Assembly: GCF_050874005.1 (NCBI RefSeq)
Contig: NZ_JBNMJV010000011.1
Coordinates: 2,052-66,051 of the forward strand
Direction: 5' to 3'
Length of the DNA stretch: 64,000 bases
Origin: Huintestinicola sp.
GTDB lineage: Bacteria; Bacillota; Clostridia; Oscillospirales; Ruminococcaceae
Position 1 is the stretch's first letter, and every line of letters starts with the position of its first letter. A program made the translations under genes and the position numbers. The notes under the pieces are model-generated. The model had not been told where the DNA came from. It saw only the letters and a list, made by a program, of their open reading frames with translations, and ran no database searches. Shown one piece after another: positions 26,628-35,181 of the stretch.

Positions 26628-27980
26628 ATGGGCAAAAGAGACCGATATAAGCTGCAGGAAAACGACTTCTTTAAAATTGACGGGCTGTCCGAGGCAGAGG
26701 GCGGCGTTGCCATTCCCCTCGATATATTTGAAATGCTGGAATCCTTCGTGTATGACAAGAAGATGCCCGATCCCCGAGGCATCAATAGTTATATGCTGTC
26801 TGCCGAGGGTGAGGGAAATAACCGTATCCTCCGTGCAGGCGGATACGTAGGCGCACTGGTTTTCAAGGACGGCACGCAGATAGAGATACTGCCTATGCTG
26901 TCCGCAAAAAACAACAAAGGCGAGGAGCTTTCGAGCAAAAGAGTTTTTCTGAATATGCTCAAATCAATGAAAAATCTTCCTCTCACAAATTATAACCTGA
27001 ACACACGAGCTTCCGAAAACCTTAATGTTTTCGAGTCGTTTATCCTTGCGTTCATCAACGAGGTCTCGGGCATCGTCAGAAATGGTCTGAAGCAGAGCTA
27101 TCAGCCGATAATCGAAAACGAGCACTTTCTGAAAGGCAAGGTAGTTTACGCAAAGCACGCTACGAAGAATTTTGCCCACAAGGACAAATTCTTCGTTCAG
27201 TACGACGTTTTCTCCATTGACCGACCCGAGAACAGGCTTATCAAATCCTCACTCAAATATCTGAGAAACATCACCTCCTCCGCCCGAAGCAGAAACAAGC
27301 TTGATGCTCTTATCGCTAATTTTGACGGAGTAGAGTATTCGATGAACTACCAGCAGGATTTTGCATCTTCCGTTCTTGACAGAAGTATGGCAGGCTATGG
27401 AAACGCCCTCAGATGGGCGGAAATATTCCTCCTCAGCCGCTATGTAACGGTTACAAGCGGAAGGAATGTGGCATATGCCGTAATATTCCCCTCGGGAGAG
27501 CTTTTCGACAGCTATACTGCATACAGCCTCGGACGTATGCTTGACAATCAGCGATTTAAGATAGAGCTGCAGAAGAAGCGTTATCCGAGACTTAACCGTC
27601 CAATGCCCCGTGACAGCGCACAGGCTCTTGCAGTTATGACCAGCCGTGCAGACGGTATGAGAGTAGTTTTCGACTCGAAGTGGCAGGAGCTTTCCTCCGA
27701 CGATGAAAATATGGGCATTTTGCAGACGGATATATACGATCTGTATAATCTTCTTGAAATATACAAAGCGCAATCAGTCTGCTACATATATCCCCTTACC
27801 CGTGAAATGAAAGAGGATCGCCGTGAGATATGCTTCAAAAACGAGGACGGTATTCTCGGACGTGTATATTTCGTGGATATCGGAGATATGGAAAACAGCC
27901 TGTCTGTCGTGCTTGAGCATATTTTCGGTCAGAAGATTGAAGACTCCGAACACAGGCGTGCGGCAGGAGCGACAATGTAA
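26628..27980 (+). CDS. mcrC: McrC-family protein with a degenerate PD-(D/E)xK nuclease site
   Basis: GYVG, IEILP, ENEHFLKGK, YDVFSIDRPENRLIKS and FDSKW are McrC features; the RPD and QxxxY motifs are not found. Confidence 0.82.
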   Translation: MGKRDRYKLQENDFFKIDGLSEAEGGVAIPLDIFEMLESFVYDKKMPDPRGINSYMLSAEGEGNNRILRAGGYVGALVFKDGTQIEILPMLSAKNNKGEELSSKRVFLNMLKSMKNLPLTNYNLNTRASENLNVFESFILAFINEVSGIVRNGLKQSYQPIIENEHFLKGKVVYAKHATKNFAHKDKFFVQYDVFSIDRPENRLIKSSLKYLRNITSSARSRNKLDALIANFDGVEYSMNYQQDFASSVLDRSMAGYGNALRWAEIFLLSRYVTVTSGRNVAYAVIFPSGELFDSYTAYSLGRMLDNQRFKIELQKKRYPRLNRPMPRDSAQALAVMTSRADGMRVVFDSKWQELSSDDENMGILQTDIYDLYNLLEIYKAQSVCYIYPLTREMKEDRREICFKNEDGILGRVYFVDIGDMENSLSVVLEHIFGQKIEDSEHRRAAGATM

Positions 27981-27981
27981 T

Positions 27982-28016
27982 GCGGGTGACGAGCGGGGGG
28001 CGCCCCGCAGCGAAGT
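27982..28016 (+). repeat. Degenerate copy of the stop-codon-associated repeat
   Basis: GCGGGTGACGAGC...CCGCAGCGA immediately after the mcrC stop. Confidence 0.45.
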
Positions 28017-28104
28017 TGCACTGTGCGTTTGTGCGGACTGTCAGCTTTGTCTCTGCGCCGATATATTTTGTATCAGCCTGATAATTTATAAAGCTTGAAT
28101 ACAC

Positions 28105-28138
28105 AAAACCTCCCCCGGGAAATCCCGAGGGAGGTTTT
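28105..28138. terminator. Bidirectional terminator
   Basis: AAAACCTCCC / GGGAGGTTTT between convergent genes. Confidence 0.8.
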
Positions 28139-28154
28139 CATATGCCTATACGCA

Positions 28155-28790
28155 TTATTCTTTTCCCGAGCTTACATAAAGGGTGACTGTTGAGCCTATG
28201 GGCACTTCCGTATTCCGTTCGGGTTCGGAAGCTATTACAATCCCTTCTTCGTATTCCTCCGAAGGCTCGTATACAATAATGCACTCAAAGCCGTTTGCCG
28301 TTAACATTTTCTCCGCCGTTTCGGCACTAAGGGCTATCACATTGCAAACGATGGTCTGTTGCACACCCTTGCTCACAACGCACCTTACCTCGGTACTTCC
28401 CCTTATTATGGGTGCTTCCGCACGAGGTTCGTGCCTGATTATCGTTCCCTTTGGATATTCGTTGGAATACTCTTCCCCCGAGACCGAAAGGTCAAAATAT
28501 TCGGCATAGTATGTTTTGCAATAATTATAATCGTATCCTGTAAGATCGACCATCGGCTCAGGGCGCTGTACAACGGGAGGGTAAATGAGCAGTATGACAA
28601 ATGCCGTTACCGGATATACCGCAAGGAGTGCCGATACGGAAGCGGATATTACAGCCGGGGCTATCTTCTTTTTGTTCTTTTTATTGTGCTTTATCCATAA
28701 TAAGCTTACGGCAAACATCGCCAAAGGAATAAGCGCCGCCAGGAACCAGAACATCATCTCGTTATAATACTGAGTGCCGCAAAAGCCCAT
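28155..28790 (-). CDS. PASTA domain-containing membrane protein
   Basis: Two TM segments then two PASTA-like repeats (EYSNEYPKGTIIRHEP, YEEGIVIASEPERNTEVPIGSTVTLYVSSG). Confidence 0.85.
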   Translation of the reverse strand: MGFCGTQYYNEMMFWFLAALIPLAMFAVSLLWIKHNKKNKKKIAPAVISASVSALLAVYPVTAFVILLIYPPVVQRPEPMVDLTGYDYNYCKTYYAEYFDLSVSGEEYSNEYPKGTIIRHEPRAEAPIIRGSTEVRCVVSKGVQQTIVCNVIALSAETAEKMLTANGFECIIVYEPSEEYEEGIVIASEPERNTEVPIGSTVTLYVSSGKE

Positions 28791-28828
28791 TTGCTCATCT
28801 CCGTTTCACTCTTGGAATGTCTGATAGA

Positions 28829-28857
28829 ATTATATCATTGTAGTCGCAATAAGTCAA
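28829..28857 (-). promoter_or_regulatory. Sigma-A promoter of the PASTA gene
   Basis: Minus strand TTGACT-17-TATAAT with TG extension. Confidence 0.65.
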
Positions 28858-28899
28858 GTTACGATTTGGATATGAGCAATTATTGGAAGTAAGACACAT

Positions 28900-29667
28900 T
28901 CAGCTCCTCACCGAAGTCTTGCTCACATAATCCGCAAACTCCTTGCCTGCCCAGCCATCGACCTTTGCTCTCCGCATTGCGCCGAAAATTCGTGCAGTAA
29001 CACCTCTGTTGGTCTTTTCAAGCTCCTTGAGAAGCTCCTTGGTGGTCTGGCGGTAGGTGTGACCCGCCGCAGGACACTTGCTCTTTACAATGGGCAGCTC
29101 TGCACCCTCGGCACAGCGTATAACATCTCTCTCGGGAGCCAGCACCATAGGTCTTATCACCGTCAGATCACGCCTTGACATATAGCTTACGGGGGCAAAG
29201 CAGCCTATCCTGCCCTCATTAAAAAGGTTCATCATAAAGGTCTCCACAGCGTCATCATAGTTGTGACCCAAAGCAAGCTTGTTGCAGCCTGCCGCCTTTG
29301 TGGCTTCGTGAAGCGCACCACGCCTCATTTTTGCACACAGACTGCAGGGATTAGGCTCTTTCAGCACATCAAAAACCACCTGCCCGATATCGGTGGGGAT
29401 AAGCTTGTACTCCACGCCGCCCTTCTCGCAAAGCTCCGCAACGGGGCTGTAATCGGTGCTTTCCCCGTGAAACATAGGGTCAAGGGTAATGGCGGTGAGC
29501 TTGTAGTCAATGCCGATAAAACGTCTCAGCTCCATAAGCCCCATAAGGAGCACCATACTATCCTTGCCTCCCGACACTCCCACAGCGATATGGTCTCCGT
29601 TTTCAATCATATCAAATTCCTGAATAGCCTTTCTCATATATCCCAGCATTCTCTGAACGCTCTGCAT
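28900..29667 (-). CDS. ttcA: tRNA 2-thiocytidine biosynthesis TtcA-family PP-loop ATPase
   Basis: VSGGKDS, PCSLCAKMRRG, ALGHNYDD, KSKCP. Start moved to 29667 (GGAG RBS). Confidence 0.88.
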   Translation of the reverse strand: MQSVQRMLGYMRKAIQEFDMIENGDHIAVGVSGGKDSMVLLMGLMELRRFIGIDYKLTAITLDPMFHGESTDYSPVAELCEKGGVEYKLIPTDIGQVVFDVLKEPNPCSLCAKMRRGALHEATKAAGCNKLALGHNYDDAVETFMMNLFNEGRIGCFAPVSYMSRRDLTVIRPMVLAPERDVIRCAEGAELPIVKSKCPAAGHTYRQTTKELLKELEKTNRGVTARIFGAMRRAKVDGWAGKEFADYVSKTSVRS

Positions 29668-29790
29668 ATTTTCCACTCCATTGATAGATATTATTCGAAC
29701 AATGTTTCGTAAAGCATTATTTGTCCGCATATATTATAATACACTAATCTGCTATGAATTGCAATAGAAACGGGAAATTTCCCTAAAAAA

Positions 29791-29821
29791 ATTCGGCTGA
29801 CGAATTAACATCAGCCGAATT
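29791..29821. terminator. Hairpin terminator downstream of typA
   Basis: AATTCGGCTGA / TCAGCCGAATT. Confidence 0.65.
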
Positions 29822-29837
29822 AGTATCATATTTTACA

Positions 29838-30024
29838 GCAACGCATTTACACCGTTACCGAGCCGCCCGTCTGCCGCCCAAATAAACTATAGAACGAGCG
29901 GCTGCAGGCTCAGCCTGCTCGTCACCTGCTTATTTTTAAAGGTAACGCATTTGTATAGTTACCGAGCCGTCAGCCTGCCGCCCGAATAAACTATAGAACG
30001 TCTCGCCGCGGGTCGTCACCCGCC
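29838..30024 (-). repeat. Two copies of the stop-codon-associated two-hairpin repeat after typA
   Basis: Minus strand GCGGGTGACGACCCGC..CGTTCTATAGTTTATTCGGGCGGCAG..GGCTCGGTAAC, then a second copy starting GCAGGCTGAGCCTGC. Confidence 0.85.
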
Positions 30025-31845
30025 TTACTTCTCTTTAGCCTTTGTCTTGGCTCTCAGCGCATTGTCAAGGATACGCTTTCTTATTCTGATAGACTTGGGA
30101 GTTACCTCAAGAAGCTCGTCATCGGCAATGAACTCAAGGCTGTCCTCAAGGGAAAGCTTTCTGGGAGGAACAAGTCTCAGCGCATCGTCCGAACCGCTTG
30201 CACGTGTGTTTGTCAGGTGCTTCTTCTTGCAGACATTTACCACAAGATCCTCCACCTTGGGAGATGCGCCAACAACCATTCCCTCGTAAACGGGAGTGCC
30301 TGCGCCGATAAAGAGCGAACCACGCTCCTGAGCGTTATACAGACCATAGGTAACAGCCTCGCCCGTCTCAAAGGAAATAAGGGAGCCTGTGTTTCTTCTT
30401 GGGATATCTCCCTTGTAAGGCTGGTAGGAATCGAAAATGCTGCTCATAACGCCCTCGCCCTTGGTGTCGGTGAGGAATTCGCTCTTGTATCCGAAAAGGC
30501 CTCTTGCGGGAATGATAAATTCAAGTCTCATACGGCTGCCCTGGGGGTGCATAGACTGAAGCTCGCCCTTTCGTGTGCCCATTTTCTCCATAACGGAGCC
30601 TGTGCAGTCCTCGGGGACGTCGATAACAAGCCTTTCCATAGGCTCGCACATCACGCCGTCAATTTCCTTCATAAGAACTCTCGGTGTGGAAACGCCAAGC
30701 TCATAACCCTCTCTTCTCATATTCTCAATGAGAATGGAAAGGTGCATCTCACCACGTCCGCATACTCTGAATGCGTCGGTGTTCTCGGTTTCGGAAACTC
30801 TCAGGGAAACGTCTCTCAGCACTTCCTTGAAAAGTCTTTCACGAAGCTGACGGGAGGTAACGAACTTGCCCTCTCTGCCTGCAAAGGGGCTGTCGTTAAC
30901 GGAGAAGGTCATTTCAACGGTAGGCTCGGAGATCTTCACAAATGGCAGCGGCTCATAATTATCCGCAGCGCAGAGGGTGTCGCCGATGGTGATGTTCTCA
31001 ATACCCGATATCCATACAATATCGCCAACCTTTGCCTCGTCAACGTTCTGCTTGCCGAGACCTTCTATCTGGCTTATGGTAACGATCTTGCTGTTATAGG
31101 GCTTCTTGGTCTCGTGGTAATCGCCTACGATAACAGGCTGATTAACCTTGATAACGCCTCTTTCCACACGTCCGATACCCGTTCTGCCCACATAATCGTT
31201 GTAGTCGATAGAGGAGATGAGCATCTGCATAGGACCTTCCTCATCGCCCTCGGGAGCGGGGATATAGTCGAGAATGGTGTCAAAAAGGGGCTTGAGGTCT
31301 GTTCCTGTCTCGTACTGGCTGATAGAGCAGGTGCCTGCACGGCCGGAGCAGAAAAGGATAGGGCTTTCAAGCTGTTCGTCATTAGCGTCAAGGTCGAGAA
31401 GAAGCTCAAGCACTTCGTCGCCTATCTCGTCAAGACGAGCGTCGGGACGGTCGATCTTGTTAACAACGATGATTATCTTGTGACCCAGCTCAAGAGCCTT
31501 AGAAAGCACGAAGCGTGTCTGGGGCATAGGTCCCTCTGCTGCGTCAACCAGCAGAAGAACGCCGTCAACCATTTTGAGGACACGCTCCACCTCGCCGCCG
31601 AAATCGGCGTGGCCCGGGGTGTCGATGATGTTTATCTTAACGCCGTTGTACTTAACGGAGGTATTCTTTGCGAGAATGGTAATGCCTCTTTCACGCTCGA
31701 TGTCGTTGGAGTCCATTACTCTGTCCTCCACCTCCTGATTTTCTCTGAAAGCGCCGCCCTGCTTGAGCATTTCGTCAACAAGGGTGGTCTTTCCGTGGTC
31801 AACGTGGGCGATGATTGCAATATTTCGCAGATCGTTTCTTACCAT
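30025..31845 (-). CDS. typA: Translational GTPase TypA/BipA
   Basis: [55 protein letters not shown]. Confidence 0.98.
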   Translation of the reverse strand: MVRNDLRNIAIIAHVDHGKTTLVDEMLKQGGAFRENQEVEDRVMDSNDIERERGITILAKNTSVKYNGVKINIIDTPGHADFGGEVERVLKMVDGVLLLVDAAEGPMPQTRFVLSKALELGHKIIIVVNKIDRPDARLDEIGDEVLELLLDLDANDEQLESPILFCSGRAGTCSISQYETGTDLKPLFDTILDYIPAPEGDEEGPMQMLISSIDYNDYVGRTGIGRVERGVIKVNQPVIVGDYHETKKPYNSKIVTISQIEGLGKQNVDEAKVGDIVWISGIENITIGDTLCAADNYEPLPFVKISEPTVEMTFSVNDSPFAGREGKFVTSRQLRERLFKEVLRDVSLRVSETENTDAFRVCGRGEMHLSILIENMRREGYELGVSTPRVLMKEIDGVMCEPMERLVIDVPEDCTGSVMEKMGTRKGELQSMHPQGSRMRLEFIIPARGLFGYKSEFLTDTKGEGVMSSIFDSYQPYKGDIPRRNTGSLISFETGEAVTYGLYNAQERGSLFIGAGTPVYEGMVVGASPKVEDLVVNVCKKKHLTNTRASGSDDALRLVPPRKLSLEDSLEFIADDELLEVTPKSIRIRKRILDNALRAKTKAKEK

Positions 31846-31971
31846 AAGGATTTTCCTTTCATTTTTAGAAAATTTTTATTAAAAATTCGTCTAAACCGTA
31901 TGGATATTATGCCCGATAATATTAAACTCTTACAAAAATTTCTATAAAACCCATACAAATACGTCTTTGCA

Positions 31972-32003
31972 TAAAAAAGCCTTGCAGGAAAAACCTGCAA
32001 GGC
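31972..32003 (-). terminator. Terminator of the tRNA pair
   Basis: GCCTTGCAGG / CCTGCAAGGC stem with a T-run on the minus strand. Confidence 0.75.
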
Positions 32004-32010
32004 AATTTAC

Positions 32011-32094
32011 TGGTGGAAGAGGGTGGATTCGAACCACCGAAGCCGAAGCAACAGATTTACAGTCTGCCCCCTTTGGCCACTCGGGAACTCTTCC
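32011..32094 (-). tRNA. tRNA-Tyr(GTA)
   Basis: GGAAGAGTTCCCGAGTGGCCAAAGGGGGCAGACTGTAAATCTG...GGTTCGAATCC...CCA with a long variable arm. Confidence 0.97.
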
Positions 32095-32098
32095 ATAA

Positions 32099-32174
32099 TG
32101 GAGCTGGTGGACGGACTTGAACCCCCGACCTGCTGATTACAAATCAGCTGCTCTACCAACTGAGCTACACCAGC
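32099..32174 (-). tRNA. tRNA-Thr(TGT)
   Basis: GCTGGTGTAGCTCAGTTGGTAGAGCAGCTGATTTGTAATCAG...GGTTCAAGTCC...CCA. Confidence 0.97.
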
Positions 32175-32210
32175 TTGAGTTTCCTGTGTGCTCTCTCAAG
32201 CGACTATTAA

Positions 32211-32239
32211 AGTATATCATAACCTGCGAAAAATGTCAA
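32211..32239 (-). promoter_or_regulatory. Sigma-A promoter of tRNA-Thr/Tyr
   Basis: Minus strand TTGACA-17-TATACT with TG extension. Confidence 0.8.
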
Positions 32240-32318
32240 GGGAATTTGCGAGGTTTTACAATTTGTTAAAAAATATCTTTGATTTCGGCTTGCCTGCGTA
32301 TCCGGAATAGTGTCCGAG

Positions 32319-32347
32319 GAATACCGGGGGCTTTTTTTTCATACTAT
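32319..32347 (+). promoter_or_regulatory. Possible sporulation-sigma (E/G-type) promoter of spoIIP
   Basis: GAATA-16-CATACTA resembles sporulation sigma consensus; assignment is inference. Confidence 0.35.
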
Positions 32348-32380
32348 ATTATAATAATATTTCTGCGGAGGACTGATAAT

Positions 32381-33679
32381 ATGAACGACAATGAAAAAGA
32401 CTTTTCCGAGCTTCGCTTCTATCACGCCGAAACGCCACCGAAGCCGCCGAAGCGCAATAAAGCTTCCCGTTCGGGACTTTTCTGTGCAGGAGGGCTTATC
32501 TTCCTTGCCCTTTGGAGCTTTCCCGAGACAACAGCCATTCCTGCTGCGGGTATCATTTCCAAAGGTGCATATGCCGTCTCAAAGCTTTCCGCAAAGGCAG
32601 AACAGCTTAGCGGAGATGCTATCATAAAGTATTTTACCCGCAAAACCCCCGAAAATTCTGTTGCAAAGGTGAATGATACGCCGCCTTCGGGCAATACTAT
32701 TCTTATAGATACGGAAAAAATGAGCGAGGAAGATGTGCTTATGCTCTCCCGTGGCAGCCGCCGAATGCCATCCTCTGCCAATGAAGAGAAGATAGTGGAG
32801 GATTTTCTTCCGCCACCCGAAAGCACAGATGACCCATTGCCCTTTCCCGACAGCTTTTCTCAGAGCGGCGTTGTCACACCACTTTGCTATGAGTCGGGAA
32901 CGGGAGATAACTACATAGACCTGCCCCTGGGCGGACAGATACGCAATGTGACGAGCCTGTCTACAGATGAGATATACGCCGAAGCCCTCCTTGCCCCCGA
33001 TTTCGGGATAGTGCTTGATGCCCCCGAGGACGAGCCACAGATACTCATTATGCACACCCACACCACCGAAAGCTATCAGCCCGATGAAAGCGGCTGCTAT
33101 GACCCCGAATACATCTGCCGCACCACCGACAGCAGCAAAAATATGGTTGCCGTAGGTGACGCAATGGCAAGGGTTTTCGAGGAGCGGGGCATACGCACAT
33201 ATCACGACACCACCGTCCACGATTATCCCTCCTACAACGGCTCCTATGACCGAAGCAGGGAGACGGTAACAGCTATTCTCGAAAAATACCCCTCAATAAA
33301 GGTAGTCCTTGACGTTCACCGTGACGCAATAGAGAGGGAAAACGGGGAGATAATCGCCCCCACCGTAAATATAGGCGGAAAAAGCTGCGCCCAGGTAATG
33401 ATAATATGCGGCTGCGACGACGGAACGATGGGAATGCCCGACTGTATGAAAAATCTCCGCACCGCCTCTCTTTTCGAGCAGCATATGGAAAGCAGGTACA
33501 AGGGGCTTACCCGTCCCGTACTTTACGATTACCGAAAATATAATCAGGACCTTACCACAGGCTCTCTGCTTATCGAGGTAGGCGGACACGGAAACAGCTT
33601 AGAGCAGGCGGTATATGCAGGCGAGCTGTCCGCCGAAGGGATCGCAGACGCACTTATATCAATAGGAAAGGAAAAATAA
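32381..33679 (+). CDS. spoIIP: Stage II sporulation protein P (cell wall hydrolase)
   Basis: QILIMHTHTTESY, HDTTVHD.PSYNGSY.RS, LDVHRDA, YNQDL..GSLLIEVG..GN. ATG at 32381 follows a GGAGG RBS. Confidence 0.92.
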   Translation: MNDNEKDFSELRFYHAETPPKPPKRNKASRSGLFCAGGLIFLALWSFPETTAIPAAGIISKGAYAVSKLSAKAEQLSGDAIIKYFTRKTPENSVAKVNDTPPSGNTILIDTEKMSEEDVLMLSRGSRRMPSSANEEKIVEDFLPPPESTDDPLPFPDSFSQSGVVTPLCYESGTGDNYIDLPLGGQIRNVTSLSTDEIYAEALLAPDFGIVLDAPEDEPQILIMHTHTTESYQPDESGCYDPEYICRTTDSSKNMVAVGDAMARVFEERGIRTYHDTTVHDYPSYNGSYDRSRETVTAILEKYPSIKVVLDVHRDAIERENGEIIAPTVNIGGKSCAQVMIICGCDDGTMGMPDCMKNLRTASLFEQHMESRYKGLTRPVLYDYRKYNQDLTTGSLLIEVGGHGNSLEQAVYAGELSAEGIADALISIGKEK

Positions 33680-33683
33680 AAAG

Positions 33684-33896
33684 ATGTCCGAAAGAAAAAG
33701 GAAAGCCGAATATTATCTCAGCATCATAAGCATTTTCATCATCTCCGCCGCCGCACTTGCGGTGGGCAGCGCCATTGTGACCGTCAACTGCCACAACGCA
33801 ATGAGCAGCGACAAAATGACCCTTTTTGACATCAGCTCCGAGGGCGGCAACGTTATTATCACAGTTATGGACAAGGACTACAGGCTGGCAGGCTGA
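33684..33896 (+). CDS. Small hypothetical membrane protein
   Basis: 70 aa with one TM segment, directly after spoIIP with an AAGGA RBS; its stop lies inside a repeat copy. Confidence 0.65.
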   Translation: MSERKRKAEYYLSIISIFIISAAALAVGSAIVTVNCHNAMSSDKMTLFDISSEGGNVIITVMDKDYRLAG

Positions 33897-33953
33897 GCCT
33901 GCAGCCAATCGTTCTATAGTTTGTTTGGGGCGATAAACATACGGCTCGGTAAC
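33888..33953 (+). repeat. Copy of the stop-codon-associated two-hairpin repeat
   Basis: GCAGGCTGAGCCTGCAGCCAATCGTTCTATAGTTTGTTTGGGG...CGGCTCGGTAAC. Confidence 0.8.
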
Positions 33954-34161
33954 GGAAGAAATATGTGTAATTTTTTGCAACAGCCTCAAAGGGGATGGGT
34001 CTCTGTTAAGAGACCACGTTTTCCGTCCCGCTGCCTTTCTGATTTATTATTTCTAATAAAAATAAAAAGAGACGTTTAAAGAATAAAGAAAAAAGAATAA
34101 ATAATAAATTATAATGTATATTTGCCAAAACAGCCCGTCTGTATCATACGCAGACAGGCTG

Positions 34162-34938
34162 TTACTGTTTTCTTATATCCGGCAGCTTTACCGAAGACAT
34201 TTCGCACCAGGCAGGGAAAAAGCCGCATTTAGCTGCCAGCCGCTGGGAGATGATATTTCCGCTCCAGGTGCCGTAATAGGGGATATACCCTGCCGCAAGG
34301 AGCTCTGCGGCGCAGGCGGAAACAAGCGCCGCACCCACGCCCATTCCCCGGAATTCGGGCAGCACGTCTATGCCTATCTGAGCCATAACGGGGCTGTCGT
34401 TTGAAGCTCCCGCAATGCCCATTATCCGCCTGCCGTTAACGGCGCAAACGGCTAAAATATCTCTCCTTGCACCCTCGTTCCGATACAAAAGAGCGTTTGA
34501 AAATCCCCGGCAGGAGTAAAGCTCGCACAGCTCCGCCCCCTCGAATACTCTGAGAGAATAGCCCTCGTGCCTTGCGCCGCTTCTGAAGGGCGTTTTCGGA
34601 AGATAATACTGACTTAAATGACCCACGCAGCAGCCGTGAGTGAAAAGCTCCCTGTTAAGAGCAGATACCGCAGAGGCTTCAAATATCTCAGCACCGCACC
34701 TCTGCTCCGCAAGCAGCTTTGCGTAAGGGGTCACAGCGCCTGCAGCGGCTATGACCGTTCCCATTCCCATTGAAGCCGCACGAAATAAGGGCGGCTCATC
34801 GGTGAAAAGCCGCCTGCCTTCGTTGTTTTTTGGTATTGTGACGGTGTTTTCGGGTCTGAAAAAGCTATCGGGAGAGCAGTTTAGGTCCGTAGACAGCTGC
34901 TTTGCCGCCGCAAGCTCCATATCGCTTCGGATTATCAT
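34162..34938 (-). CDS. GNAT family N-acetyltransferase
   Basis: QIGIDVLPEFRGMGVGAALV (acetyl-CoA motif A), PYYGT...NIISQRLA.KCGF.P.W. Confidence 0.88.
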   Translation of the reverse strand: MIIRSDMELAAAKQLSTDLNCSPDSFFRPENTVTIPKNNEGRRLFTDEPPLFRAASMGMGTVIAAAGAVTPYAKLLAEQRCGAEIFEASAVSALNRELFTHGCCVGHLSQYYLPKTPFRSGARHEGYSLRVFEGAELCELYSCRGFSNALLYRNEGARRDILAVCAVNGRRIMGIAGASNDSPVMAQIGIDVLPEFRGMGVGAALVSACAAELLAAGYIPYYGTWSGNIISQRLAAKCGFFPAWCEMSSVKLPDIRKQ

Positions 34939-34963
34939 CTGCTCTCCTCCTCTCTAAAACAAA

Positions 34964-34986
34964 GGGCAGGAAACGGCTTCCTGCCC
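34964..34986 (-). terminator. Hairpin between the MCP and GNAT genes
   Basis: GGGCAGGA / TCCTGCCC followed by TTTGTTTT on the minus strand. Confidence 0.55.
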
Positions 34987-35080
34987 CATAAAGATCATAA
35001 TTTATTATTTATTCGTTATTATAAAGCCTGCGGACGGGAGACCTGTTACCTGCATTTATAGGATAAAGGCTGATTTTCAG

Positions 35081-35168
35081 GCAACATATTTGTATTGTTA
35101 CCGAGCCGCCACTTTGCCGCCCGAATAAACTACAGAACGAGCGGGTATAAGCTGAGCTTGGCTCAGCC
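35081..35168 (-). repeat. Copy of the stop-codon-associated two-hairpin repeat after the MCP gene
   Basis: Minus strand GCTGAGCCAAGCTCAGC..CGCTCGTTCTGTAGTTTATTCGGGCGGCA..GCGGCTCGGTAACAATACAAATATGTTGC. Confidence 0.8.
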
Positions 35169-35181
35169 TTACTCAGTCTGC

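Noticed and set aside
25538-27980. Functional methyl-directed McrBC restriction system
   Set aside because: No DNA-binding domain on McrB and key McrC catalytic motifs are missing; reported as an atypical system instead.
30217-31947. 576-aa plus-strand ORF
   Set aside because: Antisense shadow of typA.
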